64,000 bases of DNA from Eledone cirrhosa (GCA_964016885.1 OZ024742.1:57226001-57290000); one strand, 5' to 3'; counted from the first letter of the stretch, positions 24,954 to 39,069 are shown. Numbers and translations: made by a program. Notes: generated by a model from the sequence alone, not told the origin.

Positions 24954-25006
24954 AGTTTCAGAAGATCCCGTGTTAAGGGTGAAAGCAGCGATTCTTTGCT
25001 TAAACT
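24954..25006 (+). ncRNA. Hammerhead-like motif, U4A core (F6), inverted copy
   Basis: Same fold as 24656-24706 with a 2-nt loop II insertion. Confidence 0.6.
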
Positions 25007-25026
25007 TTAATCTGTTATTTTAATAA

Positions 25027-25097
<71 letters not shown>

Positions 25098-25885
25098 AAT
25101 ATATATATATTATATATATATAATATATATATTTATATAAATATATATATATATAAATATATATATATATCCATGATACTACTGCAAAACATAAAAATAA
25201 CTGTAACTGCACTAAACCAGGTTCGTGCCCATTGAATAATCAATGCCTAACACGCAATATTGTCTACCGATGTACAATAAACTCCGGAACCAGTTGCGCC
25301 AGCATATAAGCAAAATCACCGATTTTGTAAATTATGCAATATGGAGATATACTGCATTTTAACGTCGGAAAACAAACTTTTGAACAGCAAAATTGAACGT
25401 TCACTTTACTGTAAGCATCGTTTAAAAACGACTTTTTCTTTTTTTAAATGCATGTAATGGTATCTTTTTACACCACCATTTGCAAATTTTTATTATTTTT
25501 ATTTCATATTTTTATATGTTTATACAAACGATATGGCTTTTTTATAATAATAGCACTAAACACTGTTTTTAGACCCCTTTAGAAATATCCTGCTACTATA
25601 ATAGCCCCAATAACTTGTCTATTATTCTGTACTACATTGACCCCTTTAACTAAATTTTGTCCAAACAACACCACTAGAAGAATTTACTTCCCCCGCCAAC
25701 CCTAACACGCCTCATTTAGCTAACTGCTGCCAAAACATTTTCTTCTATACAATCTCTACTACTCTGACAGTCTTGAATCCTGAGACTACCTCCCCCTTAC
25801 TCGCTTCCCTCTTCCTCTTCCCTTCCTACCTCCTACTTTCTCACATATCTAGTGTATAAAATATTCTTCTATCATTCTACCATAA

Positions 25886-26003
25886 AGGTCTGACGACATG
25901 GTGTGTTCTTCTTACAGTGTACCTACGATTTATGATAATATTTTTATATTATACAAATAGCGAGGTATAGGTAACCTACACACTATAGAAACAATTGTTA
26001 CCT
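25886..26003 (+). ncRNA. Type I hammerhead with long stem II insertion (F7), 5' pLTR
   Basis: AGGT-CTGACGA-cATGGTGTG...~75 nt...CACACTATa-GAAA-C-AATT-GTT^-ACCT. Palindrome AACAATTGTT. Confidence 0.75.
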
Positions 26004-26231
26004 AATAATTTCTTTATACTCGCATTTCGGTTTCATAAACTTCTTCTTCATATTTTCTCCGGATTTTAAAGCTTATTTTATTATACGTTGAGCAATCTCC
26101 GACGTCGGTTGACTCCATCCAATGCGACTACCTAGTAACATTAAAGTACAGATTTATTAATTCTTCACACTCCTTTACAGTCGAGTAACCTATCAACCTA
26201 CGTCTCTGAAATGGAAAAACATCATTGTGGT

Positions 26232-28491
26232 ATGTCCTTAAAAAATATACCCATTCAAGGTAAAAAAGAATACATTCTTGGTATGATACAAAGGACCAAT
26301 TTATTCGGCGGATTAGATGGAAGGCCTTTCACTTCGATAGGAATAGGATTACACAAACTTCCAACACCAACAACGATAAGTTTGGTTTCAAATCCTACAA
26401 AAACCCACCCTCTAACCCTCTTCTGGATTCTTTCGAGCAAGACTTAATGAAAATGATAACCGGAATCAAATTTTCAAACGGAAGAAAAAACGAACTGCAA
26501 CGGGAGATTAAAACTCTACTCGACAATTTAAGAAATACCAAAGGAATTATTATAAAGGCAGACAAAACATCGAATATATATACCCTAGATGTAGAAACAT
26601 ATAATAATTTTATACGTAATGAATTACATACGAAGTACAAAAAAACAAACGCAACTCCACTAACCAACATTAATAACGCAGCGTGTGATATTGTTAAGAA
26701 ACAGAAAATCGACGACAGTACGGAACCCCTATCTCCAGCTACACCGACTTTTAATTTGAAGGACCATAAGGCTAACTTCGATACTAACCCTAAAATTAGA
26801 TTGATATGTCCTTCAAAATCTGATATAGGTAGAATCAGTAAGTACATATTAGATCGTATTATCCCTCAAGTTAAGGCTGCTAAGGTAGATATTAAATTAT
26901 GGGGTAATACTCAACAGGCAATAAGTTGGTTCAATAACATCAGTGACAAAAACAAATCTTCTTTTATTCAATTCGATATAGATGAATACTATTCCTCTAT
27001 TTCACCTGAAACTCTGCATAAGGCCCTCTCATTCGCTAAGGCTAACTCGGACCTCACAAACGAGGATGTTAATATTATACTTGAAGCTAGACGCACAGTA
27101 GTCCATTTTGAAAATAGTTATTGGGTCCGCAGAGATAGACGCTCGGAATTTGACATTACGATGGGTTCTAGTGATTCGGCGGAAGTTATGGATTTGGTTG
27201 GAATCTATATAGCTCACAGACTCCAGAGCGAATTTATTGACCTCCACGGCGGAATCTGCCGTGATGATGCACTCCTATTAGTCAAAAATATGAACAAACA
27301 AAACCTAGAAAGGCGACGTAAAAACATTAGGAAACTTTTCTTAGAACTAGGACTTAGTATTACCTTTGAACACAATCTTAAAGTGGTCAGTTTCTTGGAT
27401 GTCACCTTCAACCTTAATAACGGTAATATAAAGCCATTTCACAAACTTAATGAAAATCTCAAGTACGTTAATGTAAGATCGAACCATCCCCATTCCATTA
27501 TTAAATCTATCCCTAAAAATATATCCATAAGGATCTCCCGACTATCGTCTAATTTGCAGACCTTCAACGAGCATGCTGAGTATTATAACGACGCACTTAG
27601 AAAAGCTGGTTACTGCGAGAAAATAGAATATCTAGAAGATAACCACATAGGTACTATGAATAAATCACATCTAAGTCGAACTAGTATTGCACCACACAGA
27701 CACATTAATAGGCATAATAATAGGTGCAAACCAACAAATAGAGTTAGACGTAGAGAGTACATATGGTATAACCCCGTGTACAATATTTCTATTAGCACTA
27801 AGATTATCTCACAATTCTATACACTGATCAATAAACACTTTACAACTTCACATAAATACTATAAAATCTTAAACTCGCGTACCATTAAACTCCCATACTC
27901 CACTGCACCTAACATAGAACAACTAATTAAAAAACTCAACTCAACAATACTAAATAAGTACATCCCTAATGACACAGCGCACCAGCATAGCGACATACAA
28001 CGCACTAACACGCAGCTACAACCCCACCAAACTATCCAGGATACTACTGCAAAACATAAAAATAACTGTAACTGCACTAAACCAGGTTCGTGCCCATTGA
28101 ATAACCAATGCCTAACACGCAATATTGTCTACCGATGTACAATAAACTCCGGAACCAACAAATGGTATTACGTCGGATGTACCGCAACATCTTTCAAAGC
28201 TCGCCTATACCAACATCGATCTTCGATCAAGCATGAGAAAATTCGCTCCGTAACAACCCTCGCCGATAAAGCCTGGCAGCTTCGGAAGAACAATCAAGCA
28301 TTCTCCCTTGATTGGAAAATTATTGCAAGGCGCCAGCATATAAGCAAAATCACCGATTTTGTAAATTATGCAATATGGAGATATACTGCATTTTAACGTC
28401 GGAAAACAAACTTTTGAACAGCAAAATTGAACGTTCACTTTACTGTAACCATCGTTTAAAAACGACCTTTTCTTTTTTTAAATGCATGTAA
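26232..28491 (+). pseudogene. Naiad-type PLE polyprotein: RT + Cys-rich linker + GIY-YIG endonuclease, frameshifted near both ends
   Basis: MSLKNIPI N-terminus, KADKTSN, RLICPSKSDIG, FDIDEYY, MGSSDSAE, CRDD (YRDD mutated), FLDVTF, CNCTKPGSCPLNNQC, IVYRC...YVGCT. C-terminal CKLC...E...LN...CNHR continues in another frame to TAA at 28489-28491. Confidence 0.92.
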
Positions 28492-28919
28492 TGTTATCTT
28501 TTTACACCACCATTTGCAAATTTTTATTATTTTTATTTCATACTTTTATATGTTTATACACACGATATGGCTTTTTATAATAATAGCACTAAACACTGTT
28601 TTTTAGACCCCTTTAGAAATATCTTGCTACTATAATAGCCCCAATAACTTGTCTATAATTCTGTACTACATTGACCCCTTTAACTAAATTTTGTCAAAAC
28701 AACACCACTAGAAGAATTTACTTCCCCCGCCAACCCTAACACGCCTCATTTAGCTAACTGCTGCCAAAACATTTTCTTCTATACAATCTCTACTACTCTG
28801 ACAGTCTTGAATCCTGAGACTACCTCCCCCTTACTCGCTTCCCTCTTCCTCTTCCCTTCCTACCTCCTACTTTCTCACATATCTAGTGTATAAAATATTC
28901 TCCTATCATTCTACCATAA

Positions 28920-29037
28920 AGGTCTGACGATATGGTGTGTTCTTCTCACAGTGTACCTACGATTTATGATAATATTTTTATATTATACAAATAGCGAGGT
29001 ATAGGTAACCCACACACTTTAGAAACAATTGTTACCT
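28920..29037 (+). ncRNA. Type I hammerhead with long stem II insertion (F7), 3' pLTR
   Basis: Same fold as 25886-26003. Confidence 0.75.
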
Positions 29038-29080
29038 AATAATTTCTTTATACCCGCATTTCCGTTTCATAAACTTCTTC

Positions 29081-29123
<43 letters not shown>

Positions 29124-29729
29124 GAAATATGGCGAGCTGCGTGGTTGCAAATGGGTTACATATGAATAAAATTAGTCCTTCATCAGTGATCTTCCAACCT
29201 TCATTGGTATTTCTTCGCTTTAAAGATCATATACCTCTGGTTGGTGCGAGCAATAACTAAAGCAAGTTATTGGGACACGTAAAATAGGGTGAAGCGAGCG
29301 AGACATGTAAACAAACATAGATGGTAATGCAACGGAAAGAGAAGAAGAGAAGAAACAAGTCCGTGATATCTATGAACTTAAGTTCTGTGAAATCATAGAC
29401 GAGAGAAAAAGACCATCCGACCTGGGTGAGATGTGAGCGAGAAAAGGATTTCACACAGGTTAAACGGGAGGAAGTGAGAGAAGAGAAGTAGTGAAAGGAG
29501 AGTGAGTGAAAGAAAGTGTGAAGAAGAGGCCAGCTGAGAGAGAGTGACTGGCAGAGGGGGTAAAAGGAAGGTGAGAGATACAGAGAAAGGGGAAGCAGTA
29601 AGAAAGAAACAGACAGGTCACATATATATATATATACAAAAACATGTATACATATATTTATTAGAATGCTGTTGAAGTGTGCATACAGTTTTGGGGACAG
29701 CTTGTGTATATATATATATATATATGTAT

Positions 29730-30280
29730 TATCTTCTTCGTTATTCCTGAGAGGGTAGTGAAGGAAGAGTTCTCAAACACTCCTTCTAGTGGGTAGCAGC
29801 CGTCCCCAACTGATCCGACTGGATCCCCAAGCGAAACCAGCGAAGCTCATGGATATTATCCAAACATCTTGTTCAAGGTCTACCCCTGTGTCTCCTATTG
29901 GCTGGTTTTGCCCGTAAAATCTGTCCAGCGATTCTTTCCTGAAACATGCCCATGGTTTCAGAGCTGTTATCTCTCAATTCGGAGAAGTAGCGGCTCTACT
30001 TAGGGTGACTCTCTTTTCTCCGAGCTACGCACTCTATCGAGTAACGTTACTCTAAAGACCTTTCGGAAGAACCCATTTCGGCCGCTTGTATTCGTGAACA
30101 TAATGTTTCGGTCATTACCCAAGATTCATGACCGTAGGTATGGGTACAGAATTGAGGATAGGGAGTTTGGCTTTTACGCCAACCTCCCTTCTTCTAATTA
30201 GCGAAAGCTGAAGCTGGTGCATTACTGTAGCAGCTCCTATAATTCTTGCATTTAATTTAGCCTCCTGCCTTCCATCACTC
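29730..30280 (-). mobile_element. Degenerate RTE-clade LINE 3' fragment
   Basis: Minus-strand remnants similar to AAEMG(FL)RR and GRPxTRWLDNI. Many stop codons. Confidence 0.6.
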
Positions 30281-31446
30281 GACGGCTATTTCTTGACTAA
30301 ATTAACATTTTTAGCCTGGTGAATAAATAGCCGAACTTGTCAAGAGGTACTTCCTTATATGGGAAGATTGTAATTGTCAAGAGGATTGGTTAAAATTTGT
30401 TGTAAACACAAATAAGTCTATCATGGCATTTGGTGGGAGGTCAGGGTGGCTGAACTTGCATGTAGAATAATAGGGGAGTGAGTGGAGCGGTCAAGCGTTG
30501 AAAGTGATATGTATACAGCAGATTCTAAGGATAGTGTGTGAAATGGAGGAGGGAGGTTATAGAATAGGGAAATCTAATGATAGTAGGAGATAATAAAAGA
30601 TAATAGAAAGAAATAAAAAAATATATAAAATTAGATAGTGAGAAATGAATAAAAGAAATCACAATGCTAACTTACAATTACAGGTTAATAAGTTGAGAAT
30701 AGAAAAAACTTGTAGAAATTGAGTAGTACCAAGACTGATACAAAATTAAAGGGGTCGAACACATCTGCTATAAGTAGTTAGTAAAACGTAATCGGCCAAT
30801 TCTATCTTAAAATTACAGGGGTGGGGGAACTGATGCTACAGAGGCCTGATAGGCTGCATCGGAGTAGGCAAAAGGGGAAAAGCAGACGAGGAAGAAAATA
30901 GGGGGTGGAAGGAAGTGATAGGACGAAAGAGGGGGAAGAAGAAGACAAAGAGGAAAAGAAAAGAGATACATCTACCTAAGTAAGCTGGGGGATTGATATA
31001 GTATGTATGTATGTAAGTATGTATATATGTATGTATATGTATATATGCGTGTGTCTGTGTGAGTAACCACGTGTGAGTAACCATGTGTGTTTTTGTTGCA
31101 TTTAGGTTTATATACGAACGGGTTTAAATATTAATCAAAATTACATACACATATGCAATATATAATCATATACATAAATATAAAACTTCAGTCGGCCAGA
31201 CAATATATTCATAGTGTTTATCAAAAAAATATAAATGCGTATATATATATGTGTGGAGGGGGGTGATCACATGAATGCACATGCACATCATTAACAATCT
31301 TCACTCACACTCATGAATAAATAAATGAAAGTATATTGAAGTAGACATATTTTATATTTATTCTATTTCATATATATGTGTGTGAGTGTCTTATACATAC
31401 ATTGTATTTCTACATACTTTATTCACATTTAAAATATATATATGTA

Positions 31447-31613
<167 letters not shown>

Positions 31614-31851
31614 TTTTATATAATTGTAGCCAAATCATATCCTTAGAATAAATGAAATATTTTAAAGTAGATATTCGACCGAAATCTCTAGACTATCGCT
31701 CAAAACAAAACATCTGCTAGACGTGAAATGATAATGTATAACAATACATAAATATTACAATAATGTAAGTATGTATACGTACATACATATATGTATACAG
31801 ACGTACAGTAGTATTTATATGCATACATACATGCACATATATACATACATG

Positions 31852-31930
<79 letters not shown>

Positions 31931-32053
31931 GTATGGGTTTACCTACCGAACATTTATTATAATGTTCGGTTTGTTTATAAACAAACAGTCCGAATCATTA
32001 GCCGTACAGTTTTCGGCAACCATCGCTGCACTATTTGTTCAACACTGACAAAG

Positions 32054-32096
32054 GCGATGAATTAGTTTCTAGCTTATTAGCTGTCATCAGCACCGT
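32054..32096 (-). ncRNA. Hammerhead (F1), stem III mismatch
   Basis: ACGGTG-CTGATGA-cAGCT-aata-AGCTa-GAAA-CTA-ATT^-CATCGC. Confidence 0.65.
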
Positions 32097-32478
32097 ATAC
32101 CTTCCTGTCAGATGATTGAACGTTTGAAAGTATATACTTTCCTTATGCATATTAACGGCTGAGCAGCCTAATTTGCATATCGAGTGAGTTAGTCGGCCGG
32201 GTGTACCGAAAACGATAAATGTAAAAATAAAATTTCATTTCTCACTCTTAGTACGGCTGATACTTAAATGTAAGTATGTATACGTACATACATATATGTA
32301 TACGTACATACATATATGTATACAGACGTACAGTAGTATGTATATACATACATACATGCGCACATATATATATTACGTATGGGTTTACCGAACATTTATT
32401 TTAATGCTCGGTTTGTTTGTAAACAAACAGCCCGAATTATTAGCCGTACAGTGTTCGGCAACCAACACTGACAAAGGA

Positions 32479-32521
32479 ACGATGAACTAGTTTCAATCTT
32501 ATTAGCTGTCATCAGCACCGT
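32479..32521 (-). ncRNA. Type I minimal hammerhead (F1)
   Basis: ACGGTG-CTGATGA-cagct-aata-agatt-GAAA-CTA-GTT^-CATCGT. Stem I ACGGTG/CATCGT keeps pairing despite differing from ACGTTG/CAGCGT at 618. Confidence 0.8.
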
Positions 32522-33174
32522 ATACCTTCCTGTCAGTTGGTTGAACGTTTGAAAGTAAATACTTTCCTTGTTCATCGTTCCTTTGTCAGTGTTGAACAAA
32601 TAGGGCAGCGATGGTTGCCGAACACTAAACGGCTAATAATTCGGGCTGTTTGTTTACAAACAAACCGAGCATTATAATAAATGTTCGGTAAACCCATACG
32701 TACATATATATATGTGCGCATGTATGTATGTACTGTACGTCTGTATACATATATGTATGTACGTATAAATACTTACATTTAAGTATCAGCCGTACTAAGA
32801 GTGAGAAATGAAATTTCATTTTTTCCAATATTACAATAGATTTAGATATATTCCGATATTCTAATGTTTCTGTCAATACTTCAACTGAAATACTAAACTT
32901 AATTATTACTGATAGAACGTTTTTGACAATATGTCCGCTTGATCGAGGGCTACCTGAGACTAAACTGCAACCGGGACTCAATTCAGTGCGAGACCACCTC
33001 GTGTTCTTCAGTGCATGCCGTATAGTAGATAATGGTATTCCATTTTATCGACAGCGGAAAGATGAAAGACAAAGTTTGCTTAAGAGACGTAACCAAACAC
33101 TACGAAACGTTTTGTCTGGCGCTTTACCGATTCTACCAATCCACTAACCTTTACCTCTCAAATGATGATGTATG

Positions 33175-33242
<68 letters not shown>

Positions 33243-33742
33243 TAAAAAGGAAAAGAAAATGCTGACAAACTTTTCCCAGTGAAAAATAGTTTAATTAGGA
33301 ATAAGTAAAAATTAGTAATAAGTATTAGTTAGTATTCAGTTTTAGTTTTAAGTTTTTACCGGTTGCGCATTTCTTATGCTTTTCAAAAATAATTTTGAGA
33401 TAGAGTGCTCGTGATTTTTGCTCTAATCTGATCAGTTTTGGAAATTCTTCCTGTTTTATGTGAAAAAAGTGGCTTGGATGGTATTAAAATTTGGTTGGTT
33501 GTTGAATGTCACGTGAATAAGCACTATAAATTTCGCGCCAATTCGAATTGCAAAAATTCTTGTAGTCAAAACAATTTTGATTGGTCGGTAGAGAGAAGTG
33601 ATTGCGTGCAAAGGACAGTAAACCAGTGGTCTTTGTGGAATGAGCGGCTAGAAATGGCAGCCCAAAACCACTCAAATAAAAGTGCTCAACCAAACAGAGC
33701 GAGAGGAAAGACTGTTATAAGGAGCAAAATATCAATATATAT

Positions 33743-33851
<109 letters not shown>

Positions 33852-34516
33852 GTAGAATTTAAAATGTGAATAAAATAAGTAGAAATATGAAACATTCTAT
33901 ATAAATACATCATATAGGAAGCGAAATCGATAATTCACGTTGACCTCAGTATCTATATCGACAAATCGATTTAAATATCCCACTATAATTTCCCTCCTGG
34001 CATAATCACATTGCCGGTAAGCTGCGATTTTCAACATCCTCTTGCCTATTTACCTGATAGCCCTTTTCCTGTCTGGCAACTGTAGGGAGCGATCGTACCG
34101 CTGGCCTCGGTACTAGACAGAATTATTTGACTTGTAGGACTACCTGTTGATAAGACTCCGTATTCCTAGTTTGCCAATAATCAATTTTAAATAATTGTGG
34201 TTGGCAAAATTTTCGGGGGTCGAAACCAAAATATTTTGGTCCAGGTGAAGAAGAATCTGTAAATATTTCAACTCTTTCTTTGTTGGAACTCTTAAAGTTA
34301 CTTTAACCCTTATCCGCCTGTTCGTTCTACATGGGTACTGCTGCCCTATGAACGGATCTACTATGATATGCTCCAAAGCTGATTTTTCACACGTGGTTTT
34401 GGCTGTTTCACGTTGGCCTCTATGTCAACAAACCGATTTAAATTCCCCACTATAGCAAACGATACAGTACAGTGAAGAAATATATTAGTTTAACGCTTAA
34501 AATAGCAGGAAAAGAG

Positions 34517-34552
34517 CCTTAATCTTTCGAGCACTAATCCTTCATCAGAAGA
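34517..34552 (-). ncRNA. Degenerate minimal hammerhead (F8)
   Basis: TCTT-CTGATGA-aggattagtgctc-GAAA-GATT^-AAGG. Homologous to 51744-51779 and a partial copy at ~29174-29190. Confidence 0.55.
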
Positions 34553-34760
34553 TAGAGTTAGAAATAAAAGATAAAACAGAAAGATAAAGAGCGAGAAGAG
34601 GAAGGAACGAGGGGAGGGGGATGAGATAAAAAGTGGTGGAGGGACCATTTTGGCTGACTGAATACGCACTTTCAAGTGTTAAACTAATATATTTCTTCAA
34701 TGGTTATATTTCTGCAATGAATATATTTCTTCAATTGCTTTTTCCACACACATACACCTA

Positions 34761-34895
<135 letters not shown>

Positions 34896-35262
34896 CTAAA
34901 CACTACGCCAAGTTTGTAGGGAAGAGCTAGAATCGATTGAGACCCTTCAAGTTCACTCTTACTCCTGTCAGTATATTGCAGGATGGTTGGATACAGAAAT
35001 TACAGAAATGAAACTAAATATCTGTCAGGTATTTACTGCGCTATATATCTGTTCAGAAACAAAAAACATTAGCTATATTTTTAAAGTTATTTTATCTTAT
35101 TGTAATATCATGCGTTTGTGAACAATATCGTGTTAGGTTATACTTTTCCAACGGGCCAATCACTGGTTCACTGCATTTTCGATAGCCAGACATACAAGAG
35201 AGTGTCTGTGTAATTCAAGCGGAATAAATACAAGATATATTTGTTCGACAGCAATTAACCAT

Positions 35263-35404
<142 letters not shown>

Positions 35405-35435
35405 AATGAAACAGTTCTAGTCCTATAGAATCTCA

Positions 35436-35527
<92 letters not shown>

Positions 35528-35668
35528 GAAATTGGAAATAGCACTGAAAATATATTAAGGGTCTGCTTTTCTTTATTTTCCTTTCTTTGATTCGTCAAAG
35601 TGACATTACTGAAAACATGAGAGGGAGAATTATTTTTAAAAAGTGTTATAATGTATATAAAGTATATA

Positions 35669-35718
35669 AAGTATTACCGGTTTCGATGTATTAGTAAAAT
35701 TCATCTCATCAAATGTTG
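35669..35718 (-). ncRNA. Hammerhead (F9), U3-G8 core
   Basis: CAACAT-TTGATGA-GATG...CATC-GAAA-CCG-GTA^-ATACTT. Palindromic ACCGGT. Stem I is weak. Confidence 0.58.
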
Positions 35719-35961
35719 AGTATTAGTATTAAAAAGAATTAATAAGGATTAAAAACTAAAAATGAAAGATTTAAAATTAAGTGTTGAGGTAAGTTTTTTC
35801 ATCTTCCTTGTTGTGAAGGGAGTAAGGTTCTATACAAAACAGGGGTTATAGAGAAAAAGTGGAATTGGAGATAGCACGAAAAATATATTTAAAAGATCTG
35901 TTTTTCTTTTTTTTCTTCTTTAATCCGTCAAAGTGACATTATTGAAAAAATGAGAGGAACA

Positions 35962-36029
<68 letters not shown>

Positions 36030-36161
36030 GCATTTTGGACCCAGTCTTCTTCTCAACAAGAAAGATGAATAGACCTTCTTCAACACATAATTTTCGATTT
36101 TTAATTTTTAATTCTTTTTAATTCTTTTTAATTCTTTTTAATTCTTTTTAATTGTAATATT

Positions 36162-36202
36162 CAACATTTGATAAGATGGATACAGTGAAACCGGTTATAT
36201 TG
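36162..36202 (+). ncRNA. Hammerhead (F9), U3-A8 core
   Basis: CAACAT-TTGATAA-gatggatacagt-GAAA-CCG-GTT^-ATATTG. Confidence 0.58.
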
Positions 36203-36498
36203 TATATATTTTATATACATTATAAAACTATTTTTTTATCAATAAAATTGTTCCTCTCATTTTTTTCAATAAGGCCACTTTGACGGATCAAAGAAGAAAA
36301 AAAAGAAAAACAGATCCTTTAAATACATTTTTCGTGCTATTTCCAATTGCACTTTTTCTTTAATATACATATATATATGTGTGTATGTGTGAGGCCCATA
36401 CGCAGAAAACAACTGTAATAACAGCCGATAATTACGTATAATAGTTGAAAAAATTAAGTAAATTACCTTTAGAGATGGAATAAAAAGTGGACGAGGGT

Positions 36499-36570
36499 GA
36501 CAACGAGAAATCGAACACCATATCTCCCAAATACCGTACGAGTGCGTTACTATTATGCTATGGTGCGACT
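36499..36570 (-). mobile_element. tRNA-like SINE head
   Basis: Minus strand TAGCATAATAGT (A box) and GTGTTCGATTTC (B box). No intact cloverleaf. Confidence 0.5.
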
Positions 36571-36628
36571 GATATATCCTGCCTTTTTTAGGATGCTATA
36601 CTATACGGCTAAGGGGTAGAATGTAGCT

Positions 36629-36719
<91 letters not shown>

Positions 36720-36849
36720 GAAGTTATATTTTATTTGTTGGGATACAACAAGCAAATATTTTTATAACTGATATAAAGCACTCAACAAATTTTTGGAGTA
36801 AAAATACAATATATTAATAAATGGAAACTATATTTATAAAACCATATTT

Positions 36850-36912
36850 ATTTCATTATACATATTTCAAGGACACCAAAGCAAATTATGGTGCGCTTTC
36901 ATCAGATAAAAT
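36850..36912 (-). ncRNA. Type I hammerhead (F10)
   Basis: ATTTTAT-CTGATGA-AAGcGCACCA...TGGTGTcCTT-GAAA-TATGT-ATA^-ATGAAAT. Confidence 0.8.
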
Positions 36913-39069
36913 ATAATATAGATCAGTTTTATAGACAAATATTGACATACCCTTAAAAGAATGCGCCCATGTCTGTTGGAAGCTCCCGGATAGTGGGGTT
37001 ACTAATTTTATTATTGGTCTATTATGCAAATTAGTGTCGGAGAGGTTTAAATCTCAAACATTAATGCTCTTTTACGAATACAAATAAAAAATCTTCAACT
37101 TCTCTATCTAGCTTACTATGGGACCTAAAATTAAAGAACATTAACTATTCTTTACTTTGGAATATTATCTCCAAAGCTCCTCCATTCCATTCCTCTTCCG
37201 AAAATTGCGCTCTTTGTATTGAGGAAATATTCTTTATATTAAAGCGCAAAAATTCTGTGAATTTAAGAAACAATCTTTTCAGTTGCTGCAAACATAGATT
37301 GAATTCAACGTTTAAATATAAATTTAAAATGTAATATATAACTCATCTTATTAAACCCATCGATAAATCACTAGATTCCTTCGTACGACTGCCAAAAACT
37401 CTCTTAATTGAGGAAAAATTTTTCCTTGAAAATTCTTCAAGATAAACATACTTAAAGTTTTTTTTTTAAATGGATATATAAAAAAATTAAGATAAACATA
37501 CTGAAAGTTTCAAAAAAAAAGGGATTTTTGGTTAATTCCTCTGATGGATACATAAAAAGTTGTAATTCATATTTTATACTGTGTTTTTTCTATGTGTTCT
37601 TATATATATTTTTTAAAAGGCTACATATTTTTGGAATTGTATTGCTTAAAAATTACATTGCTTAAAAATGTAATTCCTTTTAAAATTATATAATTATATT
37701 TTTTAAAAATTGTAATTCCTTTTTTAAAAATTGTAATTCCTTTTAAAATTATAATCCTTTTAAAATTATAAATCACATTTTTTTTTTATTTTATAGTATG
37801 TATTTTGTATTTATATATATATATATGTATATATGTATACGTATGTGTGTATATGTATGTATATGTATGTATATATATATGTGTGTATATGTGCGTATCC
37901 ATGTATGTATGTCTATGTATATGTGGGTCTATATATATCGAAATGTATAATTTTGAATGCATTCTATGAATGAACTCATGTAAAAAGGTTTTTTTACGGT
38001 TTATGCTTTAGATATATTCTTAAGAAAAACTTTAAATATTAAGACGTTATAGTAAACAAACTCATATTTTAACAGTCACAACTATATAACAGGTGGATCT
38101 ATAAAATATATAAATTTTATAACTTACTATAAAGTAATATAAGGTTCTCTTATAATCTTAATTTTTTTATCATCTTAACTTTTATAACATTTAATCATTA
38201 GAACTATCTAAATTACAAATAAATCAATTAATTTCCCCTCACGCTGTATTGCTATTACTAAGAAGAGTTTTTCTTCAGTAAAATCTCTGAACATTCCTAC
38301 ATTTTAAACATATTTTGTCATTTCTTATAAGTTTTATTGTTAATTGAAAAATTAATAATAAATTGTTGGTTGATGATTAATAATAAATTTATGTAAGGTT
38401 ATGTAATAATAACATATATTTTAATAATATTTGTTGATGGTATATATATATATATATATAAATGTGTGTGTGTGTGGGGGGGGGGGTGTATTTTTTTAAT
38501 AAAATATAGATCTCAATTTTTAATTTTAACTTTTATAGATCTCAATAATTTAATCAAATTTAAACAATAGATAAATTTCTCCGGTTACTACTATTTATTT
38601 GTTTATTTATCTATACACGCTAACTCATCCAACTATATATTTATCTTTTCGCTTCATCATTTCATAAAACTACGTTAATACAACACTCTCTCACTTAGGG
38701 TTTTCTCTCTTTCTCTTTCTTCTTTTGTTTTTTCCTTTTCCTTTTCTTTTCTTTTGTTTTCCTTCTTTGAAGCGCAATTTTCGGAAGAGGAATTGAATGG
38801 AGGAGCTTTGGAGATAATATTCCAAAGTAAAGAATAGTTAATGTTCTTTAATTTTAGGTCCCATAGTAAGCTAGATAGAGAAGTTGAAGATTTTTTATTT
38901 GTATTCGTAAAAGAGCATTAATGTATGAGATTTAAACCTCTCCGACACTAATTTGCATAATAGACCAATAATAAAATTAGTAACCCCACTATCCGGGAGC
39001 TTCCAACAGACATGGGCGCATTCTTTTAAGGGTATGTCAATATTTGTTTATAAAACTGATCTATATTAT

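Larger units (their letters stand above)
24548..25030. mobile_element. F6 element with terminal inversion
   Basis: 24548-24915 matches 50807-51172. 24920-25030 is an inverted copy of 24632-24740. Confidence 0.85.
25171..29087 (+). mobile_element. Penelope-like element (Naiad-type) with partial-tandem pseudo-LTR, flanked by (TA)n
   Basis: 25171-26052 repeats 28036-29087 (with an internal deletion). RT+GIY-YIG ORF lies between. A hammerhead is present in each repeat. Confidence 0.92.
31762..32825. mobile_element. F1 element: two head-to-tail units plus inverted segment
   Basis: AATGTAAGTATGTATACGTAC at 31762 and 32267. 32570-32825 is inverted. Homologous to 1-930. Confidence 0.88.
35525..36362. 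mobile_element. F9 element: ~333-nt period direct repeat and an inverted copy across (TA)n
   Basis: AATTGGA-ATAGCAC-AAAATAT...CGTCAAAGTGACATTA at ~35530 and ~35863. Reverse complement at ~36150-36360. Confidence 0.75.

Noticed and set aside
28060-28460. Selenocysteine recoding, as reported for some Naiad elements
   Set aside because: The conserved Cys codons here and at 63103-63510 are ordinary TGT/TGC. No in-frame TGA occurs at those positions.
33438-33740. Cys/Trp-containing ORF 33438-33869
   Set aside because: No recognisable domain or convincing splice signals, and it runs into microsatellite.
36499-36570. Possible tRNA gene
   Set aside because: Has A/B boxes but no consistent cloverleaf, so it is treated as a SINE head.
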